A stretch of 64,000 nt of DNA, from contig NZ_JAHHDS010000003.1 of assembly GCF_019739195.1 (NCBI RefSeq), positions 2,467,705 to 2,531,704 of the forward strand. The letters run 5' to 3'. This document shows, piece by piece, positions 56,734-64,000 of the stretch; position 1 is the first letter of the stretch; the number at the start of each line of letters is the position of its first letter. The notes beneath the pieces are model-generated. The model was not told where the DNA came from. It was given only the letters and a program-made list of their open reading frames with translations, and did not search any database. The position numbers and the translations under genes are program-made. Source of the DNA: Microcella sp. GTDB taxonomy: Bacteria; Actinomycetota; Actinomycetes; Actinomycetales; Microbacteriaceae.

Positions 56734-57533
56734 GTCTCGACCTCGGCCCCGCGCTGCTCTTCTGCCCGGCCGATCGCCCCGATCGGTACCAGAAAGCCGC
56801 CGAACGGGCAGACGCGGTCATCCTCGATCTCGAAGACGCTGTCGCGCCCGCCGACAAGACGGATGCTCGCCGCGCCCTCATCGACCACCCACTCGACCCG
56901 GCCACGACGATCGTGCGGGTCAACGCTCGCGGCACCGATGACCACACGCTCGATGTCGCCGCACTGGAGCAGACTGCCTACCGCACGATCATGCTGCCGA
57001 AGGCGGTCGATGCCACGGGGCTCGAGAGCTACTCGGTCATCGCGCTGTGCGAGACGGCGGCGGGAGTGCTCGCGAGCGAGGCGCTCGCCGCGCAGCCGCA
57101 CGTCGTCGCCCTCATGTGGGGAGCCGAAGATCTCGTCGCGTCACTGGGCGGCTCGTCGAGCCGACATGACGACGCCCGCTATCGCGATGTCGCGGTGCAC
57201 GCTCGGGCGCGCATCCTGGTCGCCGCCGGCGCTCACGGCAAGACCGCGATCGACGCGGTGCACCTCGACATCGCCGACCTTGACGGCCTGGGGCTCGAAG
57301 CTCGAGACGCGGCGGCGCAGGGTTTCGCGGCGACCGCGTGCATTCACCCCGGCCAGGTCGAGACGGTGCGCGCGGCGTACCGGCCGAGTGAGGCCGACAT
57401 CGTTCATGCTCGCGCTGTCGTCGACGCCGCGCAAGGCGCATCGGGAGTCTTCGTGCTCGACGGCGTCATGGTCGACGAGCCGGTGGTTCGCCACGCCCGC
57501 CGTGTACTGCAGCGCGCACGAGTCGCGTCGTAG
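56730..57533 (+). CDS. CitE/HpcH-family CoA-ester lyase (HMG-CoA lyase-like by context)
   Basis: Motifs LFCPADRP, DAVILDLEDAV, VRVN, MLPKA, CETAAG and WGAEDL are typical of the citrate-lyase beta-like fold. The GTG start overlaps the MaoC stop (GTGA). Confidence 0.8.
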   Translation: MSLDLGPALLFCPADRPDRYQKAAERADAVILDLEDAVAPADKTDARRALIDHPLDPATTIVRVNARGTDDHTLDVAALEQTAYRTIMLPKAVDATGLESYSVIALCETAAGVLASEALAAQPHVVALMWGAEDLVASLGGSSSRHDDARYRDVAVHARARILVAAGAHGKTAIDAVHLDIADLDGLGLEARDAAAQGFAATACIHPGQVETVRAAYRPSEADIVHARAVVDAAQGASGVFVLDGVMVDEPVVRHARRVLQRARVAS

Positions 57534-57546
57534 CGAGCGAGTCGGT

Positions 57547-58125
57547 CTAGGGACCGAACGAGGTCGTCGACAGCACGTCGAAGAGCCCTTGGAAGATGAC
57601 GACGGTGATCCAGATGCCGACGCCGAACCCGGCGACGATCGTCGCGATCGTGATCCACATCGGTGCCGAGCCGCGGCCGGTGCGGCGCTTGACGACGACC
57701 GATCGGCCGATCGTGTAGACGGCGTAGCTCACGGCGAGGGTCAAGAAGATCCAGGCCCAGTGGAAGGGCTGTGGCACGCCACGGCGCTGCAACTCGCGCC
57801 AGTCGAGATAGGCGAACCAGAACATCAGCCCGGTGCCGATCCAGCCGAACGCGATGAGCACGAGGTAGGCGGGTGAGAACAGCACCGAGTAGGCCCCGAG
57901 TCCGGTCGGGTCGGCGAGGCTCGCGTCGATGAAGCTCGACCAGTCGATGAAGAAGATGGGCAGCGTCTGCACGACCGGAAGGGCCACGATCAGCCAGATC
58001 CACAGCGTGTACGGGTCGGTGCCCTCGGGGGCGCGCAGCGCTGCCGCGGGCGTTTCGCGCGAGTACGGGTTGGGCGCCGACGCGTACGGGTCGGGCCGAG
58101 GCGTGGTGGGGTCAGGGTCGGTCAT
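57547..58125 (-). CDS. Hypothetical integral membrane protein (Pro-rich N-terminus, 4 TM)
   Basis: 192 aa. The ATG overlaps the trHbO stop (ATGA). I trimmed the tracked ORF accordingly. Confidence 0.6.
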   Translation of the reverse strand: MTDPDPTTPRPDPYASAPNPYSRETPAAALRAPEGTDPYTLWIWLIVALPVVQTLPIFFIDWSSFIDASLADPTGLGAYSVLFSPAYLVLIAFGWIGTGLMFWFAYLDWRELQRRGVPQPFHWAWIFLTLAVSYAVYTIGRSVVVKRRTGRGSAPMWITIATIVAGFGVGIWITVVIFQGLFDVLSTTSFGP

Positions 58126-58541
58126 GGGGTCTCCTCGAAGGTGTTGACCATGGCGAAGGCGGCGCGCTCCAGGTAGTCCCAGAGCGTCGCCTCGTGCAAG
58201 GGCGACAGGGTCAGGCTTTCGACAGCCGCCCTCATGTGAGAGAGCCACCGATCGCGAGCATCCGGATTGATGTGAAAGGGGTTGTGCCGCATGCGCAAGC
58301 GAGGGTGCCCGCGCTGTTGGCTGTAGGTGCCCGGCCCGCCCCAGTACTGCTCGAGAAAGGCTGTCAGGCGCCAGATGGCCCCCTCCATGTCGTCGTCGGG
58401 GTACATGGGCTTCAGCACCGGGTCGGCCGCGACGCCGTCGTAGAACCGGCGCACCAGCAACTCGAACGTCTCGTGGCCGCCCACCTGCTCGTAAAAGGTG
58501 GTCTGCGGGTCATCACCGCTGCGCTGACCGAGCTCGACCAT
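58122..58541 (-). CDS. Group II truncated haemoglobin (trHbO)
   Basis: Motifs FYEQVGGHETF, FYDGVAADPVLKPMYP, WGGPGTYSQQRGHPRLRMRH (proximal His region) and RDRWL are typical of GlbO-type globins. Confidence 0.85.
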   Translation of the reverse strand: MVELGQRSGDDPQTTFYEQVGGHETFELLVRRFYDGVAADPVLKPMYPDDDMEGAIWRLTAFLEQYWGGPGTYSQQRGHPRLRMRHNPFHINPDARDRWLSHMRAAVESLTLSPLHEATLWDYLERAAFAMVNTFEETP

Positions 58542-58567
58542 GCGTCACCCCTCCCCGCCGACGGCGG

Positions 58568-59551
58568 TCACAGGTCGCTGTCTTCCGGCGGCGCGGCCGA
58601 CGGGCGGCGGCTGCCTGACTTGGGCGACGGCGACGCGAGGCCGTCCATGACCACGCGGTTGAGCGAGGGCACGGCAACGCCCATCTGGTCGAGCGCGAGC
58701 TTGAGGCGCAGTCGCAGCACGCGGGCGATGTCGAACTGGTCGGCCGTGCGTACCTTCATGACGAGACGGATCACGAGGGCCTCGGCCGAGATCGACTCGA
58801 TGCCCCAGACCTCGGGCTTCTCGAGCACCTTGCGCTTGTACTCGGGCTCGTCGGCCATGGCTTGAGCGGTGTCGAGCAGCACCTGCTGCACCGCGTCGAC
58901 GTCAGACGAGTAGGGGGCGGGAATGTCGATGATGACGCGCGCCCAGCCTTGCGACTTGTTGCCGACATTGATGATCTCGCCGTTGCGCACGTACCAGAGG
59001 GTTCCGCCGACGTCGCGCACCTGGGTGACGCGCACGCCGACCGTCTCGACGACGCCGCCGACCGGCCCCTGCGTCGACTGCAGCTCAACGATGTCGCCGA
59101 CGCCGAGCTGGTCTTCGAACACCATGAATAGGCCGTTGAGCATGTCTTTCACGACGTTCTGCGCGCCGAAGCCCAGCGCCGCGCCCAAGATGCCGGCCGA
59201 GGCGATGAGCGCCGTGACCGAGAAGTTGAGCTCGCCGAGAATGAGCACGAACGCGACCGAGACGATGCCCCACGTGACGAGGTTGTTGAGCACCGAGCCC
59301 ATCGTGCGCGTGCGCTGCACGACGCGCACGGCGTAGAGAGGGGAGGCGTTGAGCTCGACGGTGTCATCGACGTTCTGCGACTTCTTGACGCCCGAGACGA
59401 CCCGGTCGACCACCCGGCGGATGATGGCGACGAGAATCACCCGCAGCAGCATCGCGCCGATGATGACGCCGACGATGCGGAAGGGCGCGTCGTACGTCGT
59501 CAAGAACGTGCCGATGGCAGCCCAGAAGGCTGCCCAGTCGAAGGTCTCCAT
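58568..59551 (-). CDS. Mechanosensitive ion channel family protein (MscS-like)
   Basis: Three TM segments are followed by the MscS core GILGAALGFGAQNVVKDMLNGLFMVFEDQLGVGDIV and a beta-domain. Confidence 0.85.
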   Translation of the reverse strand: METFDWAAFWAAIGTFLTTYDAPFRIVGVIIGAMLLRVILVAIIRRVVDRVVSGVKKSQNVDDTVELNASPLYAVRVVQRTRTMGSVLNNLVTWGIVSVAFVLILGELNFSVTALIASAGILGAALGFGAQNVVKDMLNGLFMVFEDQLGVGDIVELQSTQGPVGGVVETVGVRVTQVRDVGGTLWYVRNGEIINVGNKSQGWARVIIDIPAPYSSDVDAVQQVLLDTAQAMADEPEYKRKVLEKPEVWGIESISAEALVIRLVMKVRTADQFDIARVLRLRLKLALDQMGVAVPSLNRVVMDGLASPSPKSGSRRPSAAPPEDSDL

Positions 59552-59595
59552 CGACTCCGAGTCTAGGGCGTGGCCTGCATCGACGAGTCTGGGCG

Positions 59596-59922
59596 CTAAT
59601 CGACGGCGATGCTCAGGTGCAGCACATCGTCATCGACCCGAGCCAGTTGGTCGCTCGCCACGAAAACATCGCTCTCGAACAAGGCGCGATCGACTTGCAC
59701 AAAACCGACGCGGGCCAGCCTCGCGGCCTGCTCGTCGCTCAGATCAGGGGTCGACCCGAAGATTCTCACGAGAAAGTCAGCCATGGGTTCACGAGGCACC
59801 GACTGCCCCTCGTCGGTGGCCGCGTCGGGGTCGCCCATGCGCACATAGCGCACAGTGCCAATCTTCTCCCCGTTCGCGTCGACGACGTCCATTCCCTCGC
59901 GAACCTGCTCAATGATGTCCAT
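59596..59922 (-). CDS. Small conserved hypothetical protein (PRC-barrel/DUF2171-like N-terminus)
   Basis: 108 aa with the N-terminal motif VREGMDVVDANGEKIGTVRYV. The family assignment is tentative. Confidence 0.55.
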   Translation of the reverse strand: MDIIEQVREGMDVVDANGEKIGTVRYVRMGDPDAATDEGQSVPREPMADFLVRIFGSTPDLSDEQAARLARVGFVQVDRALFESDVFVASDQLARVDDDVLHLSIAVD

Positions 59923-60042
59923 GACAACTCCGTCCTGTCGTGTGGTGTGCTGTCAGCACGACACGGTAGTTCGGGTGCGTCACGCTCGACAGGGGTTGCG
60001 TTTCGGGCCGCCCCATGGTCGTGATTCTCGCCGCCACTCAGC

Positions 60043-62586
60043 TCACGTTCGGTCGCGGTCTTGCGCGGCGAGTGCGCGCTCGACCCCAGCGAGGTTCTCG
60101 GTGACGAGGCGGCGCAGGGCGGGCGGGGCATCGCTGTTCGCCTCGAGCCAGGCGTTCGTCGCCTCGACGAGCTCGCTCGAGGCGAGCGGCGCCGGGTAGA
60201 GCCCGAGAACGATGTACTCGGCGATCGCGTGCGTGCGGCTCGACCACACCTCGCGCAGGGCGTCGAAGTAGGGGGCCACGAGCGGCTCGAGGTTGGCGGG
60301 GTCGTTGACGTGCGTGTAGCCCATCGCCGTCATGCGCACGATGACGTTGGGCAGTTCGTCGCTCGCCACGAGCGAGTCGAACGCCGCGCGCTTGTCGTCG
60401 ACGCCGGGCAGTGCAGCCGCGGCACGAGCGGCCGCCTGCTGGCCGTTCGAGGTGTTGTCGCGGGCGAGCGCTGCGTCGATGTCGGCTCGGGATGCTGCGC
60501 CGTTGATCGCGAGGCCCTCGAGTAGCTCCCACTCGAGGTCGGTGTCGATCTCGACGCCGGGCAGGGTGATCGAGCCGTCGCGCAAGCCAGCGAGCGTTTC
60601 GACGTGGGACGGCGTGCTCGCGACGTTCGCGAAGAACTTCACGAACTGGAACTGGCTGTCGCTTCCGGCCTCGGCAGACTGAGCGAGCGACCACAGCGCA
60701 TCGCCGATCTCGGCGATCGTGCCGGGGCGCGCAGCCGGGTCGACGTAGAGGCGGGCCACGGTGAGCAGCTGCGTGAGCGTCGTGCGCACCGTGGTCGATT
60801 CGGTCTCGCTCGCGATGTTGCCGAGCACGAGGCGCACGTAGTCGCGAGGTGCCGTCTCGGCATCGCGCGTCGAATCCCACGCCGAGCCCCACACGAGCGA
60901 GCGGGCAAGGGGGTTCTCGATCTTCGCCAGGTGCTCGATCGCGACCGCGAGCGAGTCTTCGTCGAGGCGAATCTTGGCGTAGGCGAGGTCGTCGTCGTTG
61001 AGCAGCACGAGCGCCGGGCGCGGCATGCCGATCAGCTCGGGCACCTCGGTGCGGGTGCCGTCGACGTCGAGCTCGAGACGGTGAGTGCGCGTCAGCGCAC
61101 CATCCACCAGCTCGTAGAAGCCCACCGCCATGCGGTGCGGACGGATCGTCGGGTAGTCGGGGTGCGCGCTCTGCAGCACGGCGAAGCTCGTGATGACGCC
61201 CGACTCGTCGACCGTCAGTTCGGGGCGCAGTGTGTTGACACCGGAGGTCTCGAGCCAGAGTTTCGACCAGTCACCGAGTTGGCGGCCGCTCGTCTGCTCG
61301 AGCTCGTGCAGCAGGTCGCTCAGCTCGGTGTTGCCCCAGGCGTGCTTGTCGAAGTAGCGGCCGACGCCAGCGAAGAAGGCGTCTTGGCCGACCCAGGCGA
61401 CGAGTTGCTTGAGCACGCTGCCGCCCTTGGCGTAGGTGATGCCGTCGAAGTTGACCTGCACGTCTTCGAGGTCGTTGATGGTCGCGACGACGGGGTGCGT
61501 GCTCGGCAGCTGGTCTTGACGGTATGCCCAGCTCTTCTCCATGGCCTGGAAGGTTGTCCACGCCTCGGTCCACTCGGTGGCTTCGGCCGTGGCGATCGTC
61601 GACGCCCATTCGGCGAACGACTCGTTGAGCCACAGGTCGTTCCACCACTTCATGGTGACCAGGTCGCCGAACCACATGTGCGCGAGCTCGTGCAAGATCG
61701 TGACGACGCGGCGCTCTTTCACCGCGTCGGTGACCTTACTGCGGAAGATGTAGACCTCGGTGAAGGTCACGGCCCCCGCGTTCTCCATGGCGCCGGCATT
61801 GAACTCGGGTACGAAGAGCTGGTCGTACTTCTCGAAGGGGTAGGCGACGCCGAACTTCGACTCGAAGTACTCGAAGCCCTTGCGCGTGATGTCGAAGATG
61901 TAGTCAGCGTCGAGGTGCTCGAAGAGGCTCGCGCGGGCGAAGATGCCGAGGGGAATCGTGCGTCCGTCGCTGCTCGTCAGCTCGCTGTGCACGCTCTGGT
62001 AGGGGCCAGCGATGATCGCGGTGATGTAGCTCGAGATGCGCTTCGTGGCGGCGAAGACCGTCGTGGCTGCGTCACCGTTCTCGGTGCGGTTGTCGACGGG
62101 CGCGTTGGAGACGACGACCCAGCTCGCGGGCGCAGTGACGGTGAACTGGAACGTGGCCTTCAAGTCGGGCTGCTCGAACACCGCGAACACGCGGCGGCTG
62201 TCGGGCACCTCGAACTGCGAGTACAGGTAGACCTCGCCGTCGACCGGGTCGACGAAGCGGTGCAGGCCTTCGCCCGAGTTCGTGTACTCGTGGTCGGCGA
62301 CGACCGTGAGCACGTTCTGCTCGGCGAGGTTATCGAGCTGGATGCGCGTGCCGTCGGCGACCGCGGAAGCGTCGAGCTCGACGCCGTTGAGGGTGACGCT
62401 GTGCGCCGTGCGGGTGATCGCATCGATGAAGGTGCTCGCGCCCGCGGTGGCCGAGAAGGTGACGGTCGACGTCGACCGGAACACCTCGTCGCCCGTCGTC
62501 AGGTCAAGACCGATGACATAGCTCTCGGTCTCGACAATGGCCTTGCGCTCTTGCGCTTCGACGCGGGTCAGGTTCTCTGCGGGCAC
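60043..62586 (-). CDS. pepN: Aminopeptidase N (M1 family)
   Basis: GAMEN exopeptidase motif (GAMENAG) and zinc site HELAHMWFGDLVTMKWWNDLWLNESFAEW. 847 aa. An AAGGAGG SD lies 8 nt before the GTG start. Confidence 0.9.
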   Translation of the reverse strand: MPAENLTRVEAQERKAIVETESYVIGLDLTTGDEVFRSTSTVTFSATAGASTFIDAITRTAHSVTLNGVELDASAVADGTRIQLDNLAEQNVLTVVADHEYTNSGEGLHRFVDPVDGEVYLYSQFEVPDSRRVFAVFEQPDLKATFQFTVTAPASWVVVSNAPVDNRTENGDAATTVFAATKRISSYITAIIAGPYQSVHSELTSSDGRTIPLGIFARASLFEHLDADYIFDITRKGFEYFESKFGVAYPFEKYDQLFVPEFNAGAMENAGAVTFTEVYIFRSKVTDAVKERRVVTILHELAHMWFGDLVTMKWWNDLWLNESFAEWASTIATAEATEWTEAWTTFQAMEKSWAYRQDQLPSTHPVVATINDLEDVQVNFDGITYAKGGSVLKQLVAWVGQDAFFAGVGRYFDKHAWGNTELSDLLHELEQTSGRQLGDWSKLWLETSGVNTLRPELTVDESGVITSFAVLQSAHPDYPTIRPHRMAVGFYELVDGALTRTHRLELDVDGTRTEVPELIGMPRPALVLLNDDDLAYAKIRLDEDSLAVAIEHLAKIENPLARSLVWGSAWDSTRDAETAPRDYVRLVLGNIASETESTTVRTTLTQLLTVARLYVDPAARPGTIAEIGDALWSLAQSAEAGSDSQFQFVKFFANVASTPSHVETLAGLRDGSITLPGVEIDTDLEWELLEGLAINGAASRADIDAALARDNTSNGQQAAARAAAALPGVDDKRAAFDSLVASDELPNVIVRMTAMGYTHVNDPANLEPLVAPYFDALREVWSSRTHAIAEYIVLGLYPAPLASSELVEATNAWLEANSDAPPALRRLVTENLAGVERALAAQDRDRT

Positions 62587-62666
62587 GGCGTTGGCCTCCT
62601 TGGGGCACGGTGCTGATCAGCACTCGGGGTACGGATGCGCGGCTCGTGGCCGCACGAAAGACAAGC

Positions 62667-64000
62667 CTAGACGCGCAGCCACAGTGCGCCGTGGGCGGGC
62701 AGACTCAGGCCGCGGCGCAGGTCGTGGCGGGCATCCGTCAGCAGGTCGACGGCGAGGGGCGGCAGACCCGACAGGGTGAGCGGCGCGATGAGCTGCTCGG
62801 TGTCGGCGACGTTCGCGAGGCAGAGCACGAGTGAGTCGGGGCCAGGGCGCTGGTAGGCCACGATGTGCGGGTTCTTCGCGTCGAAGCCGATGAGCGTCGT
62901 GCCGGCGAACTCGGGTGTCGTGCGGCGAACCTCGAGCAGGTGCTGCAGGCCGGAGTAGATGCGGCCCGCGTCGGTGGTGGGGTCATGTCGCTGGGCGTAG
63001 CGCTCGGCGGGGTAGGGCGGGCGGTTCGCCCAGCGGCTGTCGTCGGCCTGCGCGGGGTCGTCGGCCCAGTGCGGGTCGTTGAGCTGGCCGACCTCGTCGC
63101 CGAGGTAGAGCAGGGGGATTCCGCCGGTCGACAAAATGATCGAGTGCGCGAGCAGGATGCGGCCGATCGCACCGGCATCGCCCGCTTCGAGCCCTGCGAG
63201 CGACGCCGTCGTGCCCGAGATGCGACAGTCGCCCGTGGCGGGGTTGTCTTGAAAGGGAATGCCCCGCGCGAAGCTGCCCTCGTGCCTGCCGACGTAGAAG
63301 CTGTTCAAGAAGCGGCGGTGGTCGAAGCCGTCGATGCCGAGCTCTGCGGCGTCTTCGTCGGCGAAGGTCCAGCCGATGTCGTCGTGGCTGCGCACGTAGT
63401 TGACCCACACGGTGCCCTCGGGCAGGGTGTGGCGGCGGTCGAGCGCCTGCTGCAGCAGCCGGCCGTCACGAGTGGCGAGCGAGTTCCAGATGAGGGCCAT
63501 CTGCAGCGGGTTGTAGCTGATGCGGCACTCGTCGACACTGATGTACTCGATGACCTGGTCGGGGTGCACGATCGCTTCGCTCTTGAACAGCACGGCGGGC
63601 GCGGCCATGGCGAGCACGGCGTTGAACGCCTGGATGAGCAGGTGCGCTTCGGGCAGGTTCTCGCACGTCGTGCCGAGCTGCTTCCAGATGAAGGCGACCG
63701 CGTCCATGCGCAGAATGTCGACGCCGCGATTGGCGAGAAACATCATCTCGCCCGCCATCGCGCGGAAGACCGCGGGGTTGCTGTAGTTGAGATCCCACTG
63801 GAAGCTGTGGAAGGTCGCCCAGATCCAGCGCTCGGCCTCGTCGCGGCTCGGCACGGTGCCGTCGGGGAGGGGGAAGGGCACGAACGCGCCGGGGTGATCG
63901 TCGGGAAAGATCTCGCGCACCGTGCGCTCGTAGGCGTCGGGCATCTCGCGCCCGTCGAAGACGTAGTAGTACTGCTCGAAGCGCGCATCGCCGCTCTGCG
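62667..64000 (-). CDS. Amylosucrase-like GH13 alpha-amylase family protein (C-terminal ~440 aa; the gene continues beyond the right edge)
   Basis: It closely resembles amylosucrase catalytic regions as I remember them ([55 protein letters not shown]). The frame stays open upstream of the tracked ATG 63944 through to base 63998. Confidence 0.8.
   Translation of the reverse strand, partial: QSGDARFEQYYYVFDGREMPDAYERTVREIFPDDHPGAFVPFPLPDGTVPSRDEAERWIWATFHSFQWDLNYSNPAVFRAMAGEMMFLANRGVDILRMDAVAFIWKQLGTTCENLPEAHLLIQAFNAVLAMAAPAVLFKSEAIVHPDQVIEYISVDECRISYNPLQMALIWNSLATRDGRLLQQALDRRHTLPEGTVWVNYVRSHDDIGWTFADEDAAELGIDGFDHRRFLNSFYVGRHEGSFARGIPFQDNPATGDCRISGTTASLAGLEAGDAGAIGRILLAHSIILSTGGIPLLYLGDEVGQLNDPHWADDPAQADDSRWANRPPYPAERYAQRHDPTTDAGRIYSGLQHLLEVRRTTPEFAGTTLIGFDAKNPHIVAYQRPGPDSLVLCLANVADTEQLIAPLTLSGLPPLAVDLLTDARHDLRRGLSLPAHGALWLRV

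Noticed and set aside
59936-59963. A hairpin TGTCGTG-N14-CACGACA downstream of pepN as an intrinsic terminator.
   Set aside because: The stem is only 7 bp, the loop is 14 nt and no U tract follows. It also competes with the GTGCTG-T-CAGCAC palindrome it encloses. The evidence is too weak to annotate as a terminator, so I report the region under the palindrome finding instead.

Overview
This is a high-G+C, densely coding actinobacterial chromosomal segment; gene content and synteny look Microbacteriaceae-like. All calls come from reading the ORF translations and the DNA by eye, with no searches run.

I support about 62 CDS (two are cut by the window edges), two tRNAs (tRNA-His GTG and tRNA-Arg TCT), one TPP riboswitch, several operator-like palindromes and a few noncoding repeats or hairpins. 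I saw no transposase, integrase, phage genes, CRISPR array or recognisable defence system, so this looks like core chromosome rather than an island.

Main functional blocks:
- An ABC importer operon (987-5087).
- A TVP38 / CDP-alcohol phosphatidyltransferase pair (5163-6556).
- A terC / GAF-kinase / LuxR-regulator operon (8989-12076).
- A TPP-riboswitch-controlled ykoE-like ECF thiamine-precursor uptake module, with a triple-fused A-A-T protein and a coupled P-loop kinase (12176-15979).
- orn and tRNA-His, followed by a four-gene clpS operon (15986-19223).
- Secreted and surface proteins: an S1 protease with CWB2 repeats, and a Pmp-repeat LAxTG protein.
- A four-gene phosphorelay operon (32643-37834).
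- ettA.
- A PadR module.
- A leucine/branched-chain catabolic supercluster, bkdABC plus a TetR-controlled carboxylase / acyl-CoA dehydrogenase / MaoC / CitE operon (47042-57533).
- trHbO, an MscS-family channel, pepN and a truncated amylosucrase-like gene.

Nothing here is clearly a new system. The items most worth a second look are:
- An 8-TM protein with H-box-like motifs but no ATPase domain, at the head of the phosphorelay operon.
- A PBP5-like protein with only one lysine and no catalytic Ser or KTG, translationally coupled to clpS.
- The riboswitch-linked P-loop kinase.
- A 423-bp structured noncoding region (6557-6979) holding a perfect 20-bp inverted repeat around an AT-rich loop.
- An orphan perfect 18-bp hairpin (37907-37949).
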